64,000 bases of DNA, taken from contig JAYKJB010000117.1 of assembly GCA_035285325.1 (NCBI GenBank), forward strand, positions 832-64,831. The letters run 5' to 3'. Below the pieces are notes generated by a model. It was given only the letters and a program-made list of their open reading frames with translations. It ran no database searches and was not told the DNA's origin. A program made the position numbers and the translations under genes. Position 1 is the stretch's first letter; each line of letters begins with the position of its first letter. Below, piece after piece: positions 1 to 9,538 of this stretch. Source of the stretch: Candidatus Sericytochromatia bacterium (GTDB lineage: Bacteria > Cyanobacteriota > Sericytochromatia > S15B-MN24 > JAQBPE01).

Positions 1-2478
1 GAAAGCCCGCCAGACCGCACGTCAGCGGTTCAGGCAAACGACGGACTCGCCGTCGGCACGGCCGCGCGGCGGCCTACCGGCGGGGTCACGCTGGCCGGCA
101 GGGCCCTGGCGCCAGCCACCCTGATCGGCGACGCCGGCGGCGCGCTGATTGGCGACGCCGGCGGCTCGCTGGTCGGCAAGCACGGAGGCAGCTATCGTCT
201 GCTTCAAACCAAGCTCTCCCAGGTTCCCGTTCCGCAGGCCCGCGTGACCTTGCTGGACGCGAACGGCAGCCCCTTGCGCGGGCCGGACGGCCAGCCGCTG
301 CTCACGGAGACGGACACCGCCGGGGCCTATGCCTTCACCACGGCCTTGCCCCCGCAGGCCATGATCGTCAATGTGACCCCCAAAGGCCTGTCCGGGGCAC
401 TCTCCCGCGTCGTCGCGCCCGGCGTGAGCCAAGCGGACGTCGATTACGCCTCGACCCTGGTGACCTCGTTCGTGTTGCAACGCTACGTGCGCACGCAGCC
501 GGATCCGCAGGCCACCCTCAACAAGCTGAGCGCCCAGGTGGAAGCCGAGACCGTGGCGATCGCCGCCCGGGCCGCGGGGGAAAGCCCGACGGCCGCCTCG
601 CTGGCCAGCGAGACGATCCTGACGAAAGCGGAAACCCTGCAGCGCAACGACAGCGCGTTCGGCAAGCAACTGGAACTGGTACGCCAGATCCTGATCCCCG
701 CCGGCGCCTCGAACCTCGGCCTCGGGCTGCCGGCCGACCAGGTCTTCATGGGCACCATCCGGGCCAGCGCCGCGGCCAGCGACGGGACGTTGTACCTCCA
801 CGCGGTCAATGACCACCTCTTCTGGCGTGTCACGCCGGATGGGCGCCTGGAGATCGCCGCCGGGAATGGCGAGGTGCCCCGCAATGAGCCGGCTGACCGG
901 CAGGGACAACAGGCCTCGGAGATCAGCCTGGAATACTGCTGGGGGGCCTGGTGCGATGCCCAGGGCCGACTCACGGTTCACGAGGACAAGCACGGCGTGT
1001 GGCGGCTCGAGCCGGATGGCAAGGTCACGACGCTGCACCGTCAGGCGGATCTCGATGCGGCCTTCGCAGGGACCGTGCTCCCCCATGCGCACCTGCGACC
1101 GGACGGGACGCTGGTGGCGCAAGCCGCCGGAGGCCTGTGGGCCCTGCCTCCCGGCGGCAGCAAGGTCAAATTGGCGGACACGGGCAGTGTGTACGCGTCG
1201 GGCGGACTCACCGAGTTGCCCCAAGGCCGCAGCTGGATGGGAATCGCCAACGGTGAGTTGTACGGTTTCAGTCCTGATGCGCCCCCCGAGTTGCTGCTGC
1301 ACAAGAGCTGGATCGCGGAAGGTTCCACGCTGACCAGCCTGGATTCGCGCGGCAATTTCTTCTACGTGTCGGCTGACGACGGGCAGATTCATCAGGTCAA
1401 ACCGGATGGGACGGAGCGGGTGTTGCTGCCGACGAGCGCCCTCCGCCCAGGGGTTTCCTGGATTCGCGAAGGCCTGGATGGCGTGATTTACGCCAGCGAC
1501 ATGACGGACAGCTTCAACGCCGTGGTGCGCCGCATCGAAGCGGATGGCACGGCCCCCATCATCGCGGGCATCGACGGCTTGCCGAAGGGACTCACACGCG
1601 ACGGTCGGATTCCGCTGGCCAACCCGGAAGGCTTGCACGTCGCCCCGGATGGAACGCTGCTGATTGCCGACAATGGGGCCCTGATGAAGGTGCCGCCTCA
1701 GGCAGCGGCGGAAATCATCGCCTCGAAGGGCCTGCAGGTGGAGCCGAACCAGGCCGTGACCTTCACCGGGGTGCATCGGCTGGCGGATGGGCGCTTGCTG
1801 GCGCGCGGCTTCAGCCCGAGCAAGGAGGTCATCCTGCGTCAAAGCAGCGTGGGCGGTGATTGGCGCATCATCCTCTCGGAAACCAGGACGTGGGGCAATG
1901 CCTGGAACATTTCGATGCACGCCTGGGCCGTCGCCCCGGACGGCACGATCGTGGTCTCGCGCCACACGTCGGGAAACGGCGCGGGAGCGGTGCAGGCCCA
2001 GGTGCTGCGTCTGAAAGCCGGGGAGGACACCCCCTCCGTGCTGGTGCCTGCGGCCGCGGGGCTGGAAGACATTGCCAAGCTGGTCTTCTCCCCGGACGGC
2101 GGCCTGCACCTGCGAGGGCGCAAGAGCTTCCAATCCCCCGACAAGACCCGACACTTCCTGGTCGCGGCCGACGGCAGCCTGTCGGCGGCGCCGGCTGGTG
2201 TGCTGGCCGCGGAGGCGCAGGACCAGCAAGGTCGCCTTTACGAAGGCGATGCCACGGCCTACACCCTGGGGAACTACGGCGATCGCCGGATCCGACGCCA
2301 GAAACCCGGAGAAGCCGCCGAAGTCTTCGCCGGGCAAGGCACCTCGCTGCTGGGAGGCAAGACGCTCGATGACTCGGTCGGGGTGGCAGAGGACCTTCAG
2401 TTCGATGCCGCAGGCAACCTGTACCTGCGGGACCGCATTCGTCGACAGGTCCGCCGCATCCCGCGCGAGCGCCTCTGA
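1..2478 (+). CDS. Secreted repeat protein, 5'-truncated by the window edge. It has a carboxypeptidase-regulatory-like Ig fold followed by NHL/SMP-30-like beta-propeller repeats.
   Basis: Frame 1 is open from base 1, so the listed M at 244 is internal. Motifs VTLLDANGSPLRGPDGQPLL...AGAYAF (CarboxypepD_reg-like) and repeated DG(T/R)L..A.NG / NLYLRD blade-like repeats. High GC3 codon usage. Confidence 0.55.
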   Translation, partial: ESPPDRTSAVQANDGLAVGTAARRPTGGVTLAGRALAPATLIGDAGGALIGDAGGSLVGKHGGSYRLLQTKLSQVPVPQARVTLLDANGSPLRGPDGQPLLTETDTAGAYAFTTALPPQAMIVNVTPKGLSGALSRVVAPGVSQADVDYASTLVTSFVLQRYVRTQPDPQATLNKLSAQVEAETVAIAARAAGESPTAASLASETILTKAETLQRNDSAFGKQLELVRQILIPAGASNLGLGLPADQVFMGTIRASAAASDGTLYLHAVNDHLFWRVTPDGRLEIAAGNGEVPRNEPADRQGQQASEISLEYCWGAWCDAQGRLTVHEDKHGVWRLEPDGKVTTLHRQADLDAAFAGTVLPHAHLRPDGTLVAQAAGGLWALPPGGSKVKLADTGSVYASGGLTELPQGRSWMGIANGELYGFSPDAPPELLLHKSWIAEGSTLTSLDSRGNFFYVSADDGQIHQVKPDGTERVLLPTSALRPGVSWIREGLDGVIYASDMTDSFNAVVRRIEADGTAPIIAGIDGLPKGLTRDGRIPLANPEGLHVAPDGTLLIADNGALMKVPPQAAAEIIASKGLQVEPNQAVTFTGVHRLADGRLLARGFSPSKEVILRQSSVGGDWRIILSETRTWGNAWNISMHAWAVAPDGTIVVSRHTSGNGAGAVQAQVLRLKAGEDTPSVLVPAAAGLEDIAKLVFSPDGGLHLRGRKSFQSPDKTRHFLVAADGSLSAAPAGVLAAEAQDQQGRLYEGDATAYTLGNYGDRRIRRQKPGEAAEVFAGQGTSLLGGKTLDDSVGVAEDLQFDAAGNLYLRDRIRRQVRRIPRERL

Positions 2479-2623
2479 TGGCGCGTGTCGGCCGCAAGCC
2501 GGCCCACAATTCCGGAGCCTGATGCTCCGGGCAGGCCGTCGTCGTCCCGGAAGCCCGGGCGAATTTGGGGTAAAGAGTGGGTGCCGCCCTTGTGCGCTGA
2601 CCCGCTGACCACAGGAGATTGTC

Positions 2624-3565
2624 GTGACCGTTCAGGAAAAGCAAACCTATCGCCTTGTCACCCGCTCGGACATGGACGGCCTCGTCTGTGCCGTGCTGCT
2701 GCGGGAACTCGACATGATCGACGACATCCTGTTCGTCCATCCCAAGGACATGCAAGACGGCAAGATTCCGATCACCGAACGTGACATCGTGACCAACCTG
2801 CCCTACGTGGAGCAGGCGCACCTGGTGTTCGACCATCACCTGAGCGAGACCGTGCGCAACCCCAAGGGACTGACCAACCACGTGATCGACGCCGAGGCCC
2901 CTTCGGCGGCCCGGGTGGTCTATCGGCACTTTGGCGGCGCGGACCGCTTCCCGGCCTTCTTCGACGAGATGATGGCGGCCGTCGACAAGGCCGACAGCGC
3001 GCAGTTCACGATGAGCGACGTGCTCGAGCCGCAGGGCTGGGAACTGCTGAGTTTCCTGATGGATGCCCGCACGGGCCTGGGGCGCTTCCGGGAATTCCGG
3101 ATCTCGAACTACAACCTGATGATGGACCTGATCGAAAAATGCCGCACGATGAAGATCGCGGACATCCTCGAATTGCCCGACGTGCGTGAGCGCCGGGACC
3201 TCTACCAGAACCACGCGGCCAAGTTCAAGCAGCAGTTGCAGGAACGCGCGACCGTGCACGGCAATGTGGTGGTGCTCGATCTGCGTGACCAGGACCCGAT
3301 CTGGCCGGGCAACCGCTTCATGATTTACGCGCTGTTCCCGGACTGCAACATCTCGATCCACGTGCTGGATGGCTTCCGCAAGCAGAACACCGCGCTGGCC
3401 ATCGGCAAATCGATCTTCAATCGCAGTTCACGCACCAACGTGGGCGAGATCGCGCTGCACTACGGCGGGGGCGGACACCTGAACGCCGGCACCTGCCAGG
3501 TGGACAACGAGTTGGCCGATCAGATCGTCCAGGCCATCGTCACGCGCCTGAACGCCGACGGCTGA
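2624..3565 (+). CDS. DHH-family phosphoesterase (NrnA-like oligoribonuclease/pAp phosphatase)
   Basis: GTG start preceded by AGGAGA. DMDGLVCAVLL and the VFDHHLSE (DHH) motif. About 313 aa, typical of NrnA. Confidence 0.7.
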   Translation: MTVQEKQTYRLVTRSDMDGLVCAVLLRELDMIDDILFVHPKDMQDGKIPITERDIVTNLPYVEQAHLVFDHHLSETVRNPKGLTNHVIDAEAPSAARVVYRHFGGADRFPAFFDEMMAAVDKADSAQFTMSDVLEPQGWELLSFLMDARTGLGRFREFRISNYNLMMDLIEKCRTMKIADILELPDVRERRDLYQNHAAKFKQQLQERATVHGNVVVLDLRDQDPIWPGNRFMIYALFPDCNISIHVLDGFRKQNTALAIGKSIFNRSSRTNVGEIALHYGGGGHLNAGTCQVDNELADQIVQAIVTRLNADG

Positions 3566-3672
3566 CCCGCCGCCGAGCCAGCCACGGGACGCGGGGACCA
3601 GCCCTGCGTCCCGCCGGCCAAAAGGTGCGCGCCGCCCTGGCTCCGCCCGTCACGATGCGCCGGGTCGGGGGG

Positions 3673-4647
3673 TCACGCGCTCGCCGCTTGTGTGCGGGCC
3701 AGCCCCACCAGATCTCGACTTACCTGGTCGAGGCGCTCCGCCACGGCGTCGTCATGCACCACCGGGTTGGGGGAATGCAGCGGCCAGCCGCCCCGGTTGG
3801 CACTGCGGTCGCGATAGAGCCCCAGCTGGCTGAAATACGCCCCAGGGTGAGCCGGAACCTCGGGCGAGAGCAAGGCGTAGAGCGTCGTCTGGGTGCCTTC
3901 CCAGGGTTCCAGCATGCCGGCCAGGCGCAGGATCGGGCGCAAGGCGATGTCCTGCACCCAGAGCGGAATGGTCCCACTGATCAGGTTGGTGCGCACCCAG
4001 CCCGGATGCACGCTGACGGCGGTGATCCCGCTGCCGGCCAGGCGCCGGGCCAGCTGCCGGGCATGCAGCACGTTGGCCAGCTTCGACTGAGCATAAGCCG
4101 CCCAGCCATCGTAGGGGCGACGGTCGAAATGCAGGTCATCGAAGTCGATGCGGCCCTCACGACCAAAGGCGAGGTCGTGGTAGCAGCTGGCCACGTTGAC
4201 GATGCGCCCGGCCTCCGCCCGTTGCAGAGCCGGCAGCAGCAATTCGGTCAGCAGGTAGTGGCCCAGGTGGTTGGTGCCGAACTGGCTTTCAAAGCCGTCC
4301 GGGGTCTTGCCGTGAGGCGTGTTCATCACCCCCGCATTGTTGACCAGGCCGTGGAGCGGCTGGTTCGCCGCCAGGAATTCCTGCGCGAAGGCGCGCACGG
4401 AGTCGAGCCGGGCCAGGTCGAGCGGCGCGACCGTCACCTCGCCGCGCGCGCGCCCCTGGGCGATTTCCTGGCGCACGCGCTCGCCCTCGGCCGGCCGGCG
4501 ACAGGCCAGGATCACGCGGGCGCCCTGCTTGGCCAGCTGGCGCACCGTCACCAGGCCAATACCGGAATTCCCCCCGGTCACGAGGTAGGTGCGACCGGCC
4601 AGGTCGAGTTGCAACAGGTCGGGGGGACACATCAAGGGGCGGGCCAT
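3673..4647 (-). CDS. Short-chain dehydrogenase/reductase, retinol-dehydrogenase-like
   Basis: TGGNSGIG Rossmann motif, NNAG, and the catalytic YAQSK (YxxxK). The internal ATG at 4647 is preceded by GGAGG; the longer ORF to 4722 is probably an over-extension. Confidence 0.85.
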   Translation of the reverse strand: MARPLMCPPDLLQLDLAGRTYLVTGGNSGIGLVTVRQLAKQGARVILACRRPAEGERVRQEIAQGRARGEVTVAPLDLARLDSVRAFAQEFLAANQPLHGLVNNAGVMNTPHGKTPDGFESQFGTNHLGHYLLTELLLPALQRAEAGRIVNVASCYHDLAFGREGRIDFDDLHFDRRPYDGWAAYAQSKLANVLHARQLARRLAGSGITAVSVHPGWVRTNLISGTIPLWVQDIALRPILRLAGMLEPWEGTQTTLYALLSPEVPAHPGAYFSQLGLYRDRSANRGGWPLHSPNPVVHDDAVAERLDQVSRDLVGLARTQAASA

Positions 4648-4838
4648 CGGAAACCTCCAAGGTCTGGGCACAGGCCGGGCGCCTTCGCTGCGCGCAGGCC
4701 GCCGGGGCGACACCCCGAGCACTCCATTGAACCATCTCCGCGCCGCTTTGAACGCCCCGCTCGCGGGCGTGATACCATCCTCAGCGAGCCAGCCGGACCA
4801 ACGGCTCAGGCTCTGTCGCCCGGAAAGGACCCTGGTCG

Positions 4839-6272
4839 ATGTCTGCTCTGCTCGCCTTGACGCTCCTCGTATGGGGCTGCGCGCCGGTCCTGGCCAGTGC
4901 CGGGCACACCCCTGCGGGCGTCGATCTGACCGGCCACTGGCAGGCGCTCGCCGCGCTGGCGGTGTTCGTGCTCGGCTACGCCCTGGTGATGGCCGAAGAG
5001 CGGCTGCACCTGCGCAAATCCAAGCCCATGCTGGTGGCCGCCGGCCTGATCTGGATCCTGGTGGCCCTGGGTTACACGCAGGCCGGCATGCCGGCCGTCG
5101 CCGAAGCCGCCGTGCGCCACAACATCATGGAGTTCGGCGAGCTGTTCCTGTTCCTGATCGCCGCGATGACCTACGTCAACACGATCGAGGAGCGCGGCGT
5201 GTTCGATGCCCTGCGCGTCCGTCTGGTGCAGGCGGGGCTTTCCTATCGGGCCCTGTTCTGGGTCACCGGGGCCTTTGCCTTCTGCCTCTCCCCGATCGCC
5301 GACAACCTGACCACCGCGCTGGTGGCCGGGGCGGTGGTGCTCTCGGTGGGGGCCACCCAGCCGCGCTTCGTGCCGCTGGCCTGCATCAACATCGTGGTAG
5401 CGGCCAATGCGGGAGGCGCCTTCTCGCCATTTGGCGACATCACCACCCTGATGGTCTGGCAGAAGGGCACGGTCCAGTTTGGCCAGTTCTTTGCGTTGCT
5501 GGGGCCCGCCCTGGTCAACTGGCTGGTGCCGGCGGCCCTGATGGCCTGGGCGATCGGGGCCGGCAAACCGCCGCACGTCGAACAGGCGGCCGAGATTCGC
5601 GAGGGCGCCTGGGTCGTGGTCGGCCTGTTCATCGCCACGATCGCGCTGGCGGTGGTGCTCCACGCCTGGCTGCACCTGCCGCCGGTGGTGGGCATGATGA
5701 CGGGCCTCGGCCTCCTGAAACTCTACGCCTACGGCCTGCAGCGCCGGAATCATCACCCGGCACTGGTGCTGGATGAGCCGGACGACGTGTTCGCCGCCCC
5801 CTCGCTCGACGCCAACCACCCCAAAGCCGGGCCCTTCGACCCCTTCAAGCAAATGGAACGGGCCGAGTGGGACACGCTGATGTTCTTCTACGGCGTGATC
5901 ATGGCCGTCGGCGGGCTGGGCACGCTGGGCTACCTGGCGCTGGCCTCGCAGGCGCTGTATGGCGGTCTGGGCGCCACCGGCGCGAATGTGCTGGTGGGTC
6001 TGCTGTCGGCGGTGGTCGACAACATTCCGGTCATGTTCGCGGTGCTGTCCATGAACCCGGACATGCCGATCGGCCAGTGGTTGCTGGTGACGCTCACGGC
6101 CGGCGTGGGCGGCTCGCTGCTGTCGATCGGCAGCGCCGCCGGGGTGGCCCTGATGGGGCAGGCCCGCGGGCATTATGGCTTCGCGTCGCACCTGCGCTGG
6201 GCCTGGGCGATCGCCCTCGGCTACGCCGCCAGCATCGGCGTCCACCTGCTGCTCAACCGCCACCTGTTCTGA
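4839..6272 (+). CDS. nhaD: NhaD-family Na+/H+ antiporter
   Basis: 477 aa polytopic membrane protein with strong similarity to NhaD antiporters over its length (hydrophobic segments, AANAGGAFSPFGDITTLMVW region). Confidence 0.8.
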   Translation: MSALLALTLLVWGCAPVLASAGHTPAGVDLTGHWQALAALAVFVLGYALVMAEERLHLRKSKPMLVAAGLIWILVALGYTQAGMPAVAEAAVRHNIMEFGELFLFLIAAMTYVNTIEERGVFDALRVRLVQAGLSYRALFWVTGAFAFCLSPIADNLTTALVAGAVVLSVGATQPRFVPLACINIVVAANAGGAFSPFGDITTLMVWQKGTVQFGQFFALLGPALVNWLVPAALMAWAIGAGKPPHVEQAAEIREGAWVVVGLFIATIALAVVLHAWLHLPPVVGMMTGLGLLKLYAYGLQRRNHHPALVLDEPDDVFAAPSLDANHPKAGPFDPFKQMERAEWDTLMFFYGVIMAVGGLGTLGYLALASQALYGGLGATGANVLVGLLSAVVDNIPVMFAVLSMNPDMPIGQWLLVTLTAGVGGSLLSIGSAAGVALMGQARGHYGFASHLRWAWAIALGYAASIGVHLLLNRHLF

Positions 6273-6274
6273 AG

Positions 6275-6997
6275 TCAGTCGCCGCCGGCGTGACCGCGAC
6301 CAGCCTCGCTGGTGAGGTCCGGGGCAAAGAGCAGGGTCACCATCAGGATGTGATCATGGGCCCAGCCCAGCAGCGGGTCGGGCCGCTGCCGCCACATGTA
6401 CTCGGTGGTCAGCCGCGTGGCCCGGTTGATCACCCGCGCAGCCCCCACCGTGAAACGGCTTTGCACCAGCGTGTAAGGCAGCGCGGGGCGAAGGTCCCAG
6501 GCCAGCTCCTGCGACAGCGTCGGCCACCAGTTCCAGGCGGCCGGCTGATAGCTCACGCGCAGCTGATTGCGGTAGCGCCACCAGACGTCGCCCGGCGTGT
6601 GCCGCCACTCCAGACGATTGCGGTCGTTGATCTGCAGGTCGCCGATCGCCCCCTGCAGGTTCGGCTCACATTCGAGGCGCAGCATCTGGTTGAAGGCCCC
6701 ATTGCCGGCCTGCTCGGCATAGGCACTGGCGTGGAGGCCCAGCATCAGCCAGGGCGCCGGCTGCCAGAGCGGCCCAACGCGCAGGCTGGAAACCCCCAGG
6801 CCGCCATAGCGAAAGCCGAAGCGGCTGCTGCTGACGGCGCGCAAGGCCCGCGGACTCCAGGGCACCGGGCGCTCCAGCGGCACGCGCACCTCCAGCACGT
6901 TCCAGAATTCGCTGTCGGCGAGGACCGGGCTGGGCCAGGCCCCCAGGCCCGCGAGGGCGAGGCCCAGCGCCAACCCTGCGCGCGATTTCGTGCCCAT
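6275..6997 (-). CDS. Secreted/outer-membrane protein of unknown function (DUF2490-like)
   Basis: Signal peptide MGTKSRAGLALGLALAGLGAWPSPVLA. About 240 aa, W/Y/R-rich beta-rich composition typical of DUF2490. Confidence 0.5.
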   Translation of the reverse strand: MGTKSRAGLALGLALAGLGAWPSPVLADSEFWNVLEVRVPLERPVPWSPRALRAVSSSRFGFRYGGLGVSSLRVGPLWQPAPWLMLGLHASAYAEQAGNGAFNQMLRLECEPNLQGAIGDLQINDRNRLEWRHTPGDVWWRYRNQLRVSYQPAAWNWWPTLSQELAWDLRPALPYTLVQSRFTVGAARVINRATRLTTEYMWRQRPDPLLGWAHDHILMVTLLFAPDLTSEAGRGHAGGD

Positions 6998-7051
6998 TCG
7001 ATGGCCTCCTCAGCGGGAACCGCAAGCGCCACATACCCCTGCCGCGGGTAC

Positions 7052-8545
7052 ATGTCGCCCATGGCCTCCCAGCAGCTGATGTCTTCCGACCCTCGCGCGC
7101 GGGCCTTCAATCGCGCCATGACCGCGGCCCCCGGCGACATGTCGCTGGTGGTACCAGCCGGCCAGATAGAAGGCCCCCTTCCGCCCGCCCTGCGAGGGGG
7201 GCGCCTGCTTTCGAACGGCCCGGGCTGGACCCGCATCGGCGATCGCCTGGCCCATCCCTTCGACGGCCACGGCTACGTGCGCGCCTTCGAATTCCTGCCG
7301 GATGGCGCGCTGCGCTTGCAGGCCCGTTTCGTCGAGACCCGGGTCTATCGCGACGAACGCAGCGCCGGCCGCCTGCGTCACCGCGGGCTCGCCACCAACC
7401 GCGGCCCACGCTTCTGGCACAACCTCGGTTTCGGCCCGCCCCGCAACGTGGCGAACACCACGATCGTGCCGTGGGGGGGCCAACTGCTGGCCGGCTGGGA
7501 GGGCGGGGTGCCCCACGCCTTGGAGCCGGAAACGCTGGCCACGCGGGGGGAGGAGACCTTCGGCGGCGCGCTGGCCGGCCAGGCCACCCTGGCACACATG
7601 CGCCACGACCATGCCTGCGATCGCCTGGTGACCTGCAGCCTGGCCATGGGACGTCAGACCGGTTTGACCTTTCGCGAGTTCGACCCGGCGGGACGGCTCG
7701 TGCAGAGTCACGCCGCCCAGCTTCCCGGCGCGCGCTTTGTCCATGACTTCGCCCTGACCCCGGGCTGGTTCGTGCTGGGAGACAACCCGCTGCGCGTGCG
7801 GCCTGCGGGCCTGGCGCGCATGCTGCTCGGCCGCGGCACCATGCTGCAGGCCGTCGCCCCGGACGATCGCCCGCCCGGCGCGCTGCATCTGGTCTCGCGC
7901 GACGGCCGTGGCCGCACGCGCCGCGTGCGCCTGCCGGCAGCGGCCCAGATCCTGCACTTCGCCAATGCCTTCGAACGAGACGGCTGGCTGTTCGTGGATG
8001 CCTGCGTGTTCCACCGCTTCACGCTCGGTGAGGAATTCGGTTACCGCGGGCCCGACCAGCCCTTTGACCTCGCCCTGCCCGAGGCGCGCGGGCCGCAACG
8101 CCTGTACCGCATCACGATCCCGCCGGAGGCCACGGAAGCCGGCTGGGAACTGCTGACGCCCCATGGGGTCGACTTCCCGCGCATCCACCCGGCCCATGAG
8201 GGACAAAACACCCGCTGGCTCTTTGGCGCGACCCGAAGAGACCCGCGCTTCAGTGACCCATTCGATTCCCTGATCGCGATCGACCTGCACGATCGCGATC
8301 GCGCAGCCCAGCTGTTCAGCGTGCCGGACGCCTGTACCTTCGTGGGCGAGCCGATCTTCGCGCCGGACCCGGCGGACCCGGGCCAGGGGCACGTGCTGGC
8401 CGTGCTCTCGGATGGCGCGCAGGGGCGCTCGCGGCTGGCCGTTTTCGACGCCACGGACCTCGCGCGGGGACCGCTCGCCCAGGTGCCGCTACCGCTCTTG
8501 CCGCTGGCCTTCCACGGGGCCTGGTTGCCTGGTGCGAAGGTTTGA
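7052..8545 (+). CDS. Carotenoid-cleavage-oxygenase (RPE65/CCO) family dioxygenase
   Basis: 497 aa from the ATG at 7052 (the track ORF over-extends to 5867). Four conserved His regions (HPFDGHGY, HDFALTPGWFVL, HFANAF, HGAWLP) typical of CCO/lignostilbene dioxygenases. Confidence 0.8.
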   Translation: MSPMASQQLMSSDPRARAFNRAMTAAPGDMSLVVPAGQIEGPLPPALRGGRLLSNGPGWTRIGDRLAHPFDGHGYVRAFEFLPDGALRLQARFVETRVYRDERSAGRLRHRGLATNRGPRFWHNLGFGPPRNVANTTIVPWGGQLLAGWEGGVPHALEPETLATRGEETFGGALAGQATLAHMRHDHACDRLVTCSLAMGRQTGLTFREFDPAGRLVQSHAAQLPGARFVHDFALTPGWFVLGDNPLRVRPAGLARMLLGRGTMLQAVAPDDRPPGALHLVSRDGRGRTRRVRLPAAAQILHFANAFERDGWLFVDACVFHRFTLGEEFGYRGPDQPFDLALPEARGPQRLYRITIPPEATEAGWELLTPHGVDFPRIHPAHEGQNTRWLFGATRRDPRFSDPFDSLIAIDLHDRDRAAQLFSVPDACTFVGEPIFAPDPADPGQGHVLAVLSDGAQGRSRLAVFDATDLARGPLAQVPLPLLPLAFHGAWLPGAKV

Positions 8546-8617
8546 CAAGACTTGGCCCCCCGGGGACGATGATGTCGGCGCGCCGCGGCCGCCGGGTCTG
8601 GAGAGGACGCATCCTGG

Positions 8618-9538
8618 ATGAACCTGTCGGTATTGCTGGCCTGGTTTGATGGCAGCACGGGCCGCGAGGCCGCGGGCGAACGCCTGGACTGGCTGCGCGC
8701 CGGCCCCTTTCTGGCCATCCACGCGCTGTGCGGCCTGGCCTGGTACACCGGCGTGAGCCCGACCGCCATCGCGGTGGCGGTGGGCCTTTACCTGGTGCGC
8801 ATGTTCGCCATCACGGCCTTTTACCATCGCTATTTCTCCCACCGCGCCTTCAAGACCTCGCGGGCCTTTCAGTTCCTGATGGCGCTGCTCGGCAACAGTG
8901 CGGTCCAGCGCGGGCCGATCTGGTGGGCCGCGCATCACCGGCATCACCACCGCCATTCAGACCGCCCCGAGGACCTGCACTCGCCCGTCCAGTACGGATT
9001 CTGGCAAAGCCACGTGCGCTGGTTCCTGACGGGCCGTGGCTTTGCGACCCAGAGCCAGTACGTGACGGACCTGCTGGCCTACCCGGAACTGCGCTGGCTC
9101 GACCGCTTCGACTGGGTCGGCCCGGTGGCCCTGCTGGCCGCGCTGGCGGCCAGCGGCGCCGCCCTGCAGACCTGGGCGCCCGACCTCGGCACCAGCGCCG
9201 CGCAGCTGGTGGTCTGGGGCTTCGCCATCTCGACGGTGGCGACGTGGCACGTCACCTACACGATCAACTCGCTCTCGCACCAGTGGGGCACGCGCCGCTA
9301 CCAGACCAACGATGACAGCCGCAACAACTGGCTGCTGGCGCTGCTGACGCTCGGCGAGGGCTGGCACAACAACCACCATCATCACCAGAGTTCGGCCCGC
9401 CAGGGTTTTTTCTGGTGGGAAATTGACCTGGCATACTATGGCCTGCGCCTGCTGGCAGCCTTGCGGCTGGTCTGGGATCTGCGGCCCGTTCCCGCCCACG
9501 TTCTGCTGAAGAACCGATCCGAGGTCCCTGCCGCATGA
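8618..9538 (+). CDS. Membrane fatty-acid desaturase (acyl-CoA/acyl-lipid delta-9 desaturase family)
   Basis: Three histidine boxes HRYFSH, HHRHHH and HNNHHH. RBS GGAGAGGA upstream. Confidence 0.85.
   Translation: MNLSVLLAWFDGSTGREAAGERLDWLRAGPFLAIHALCGLAWYTGVSPTAIAVAVGLYLVRMFAITAFYHRYFSHRAFKTSRAFQFLMALLGNSAVQRGPIWWAAHHRHHHRHSDRPEDLHSPVQYGFWQSHVRWFLTGRGFATQSQYVTDLLAYPELRWLDRFDWVGPVALLAALAASGAALQTWAPDLGTSAAQLVVWGFAISTVATWHVTYTINSLSHQWGTRRYQTNDDSRNNWLLALLTLGEGWHNNHHHHQSSARQGFFWWEIDLAYYGLRLLAALRLVWDLRPVPAHVLLKNRSEVPAA

Noticed and set aside
5867-7051. A 400-codon N-terminal extension of the CCO-family gene (track ORF 5867..8545, 892 aa)
   Set aside because: The extension is Arg/Gly/Pro-rich low-complexity sequence antisense to nhaD, with no RBS. 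The CCO-family length fits a start at 7052 (497 aa).
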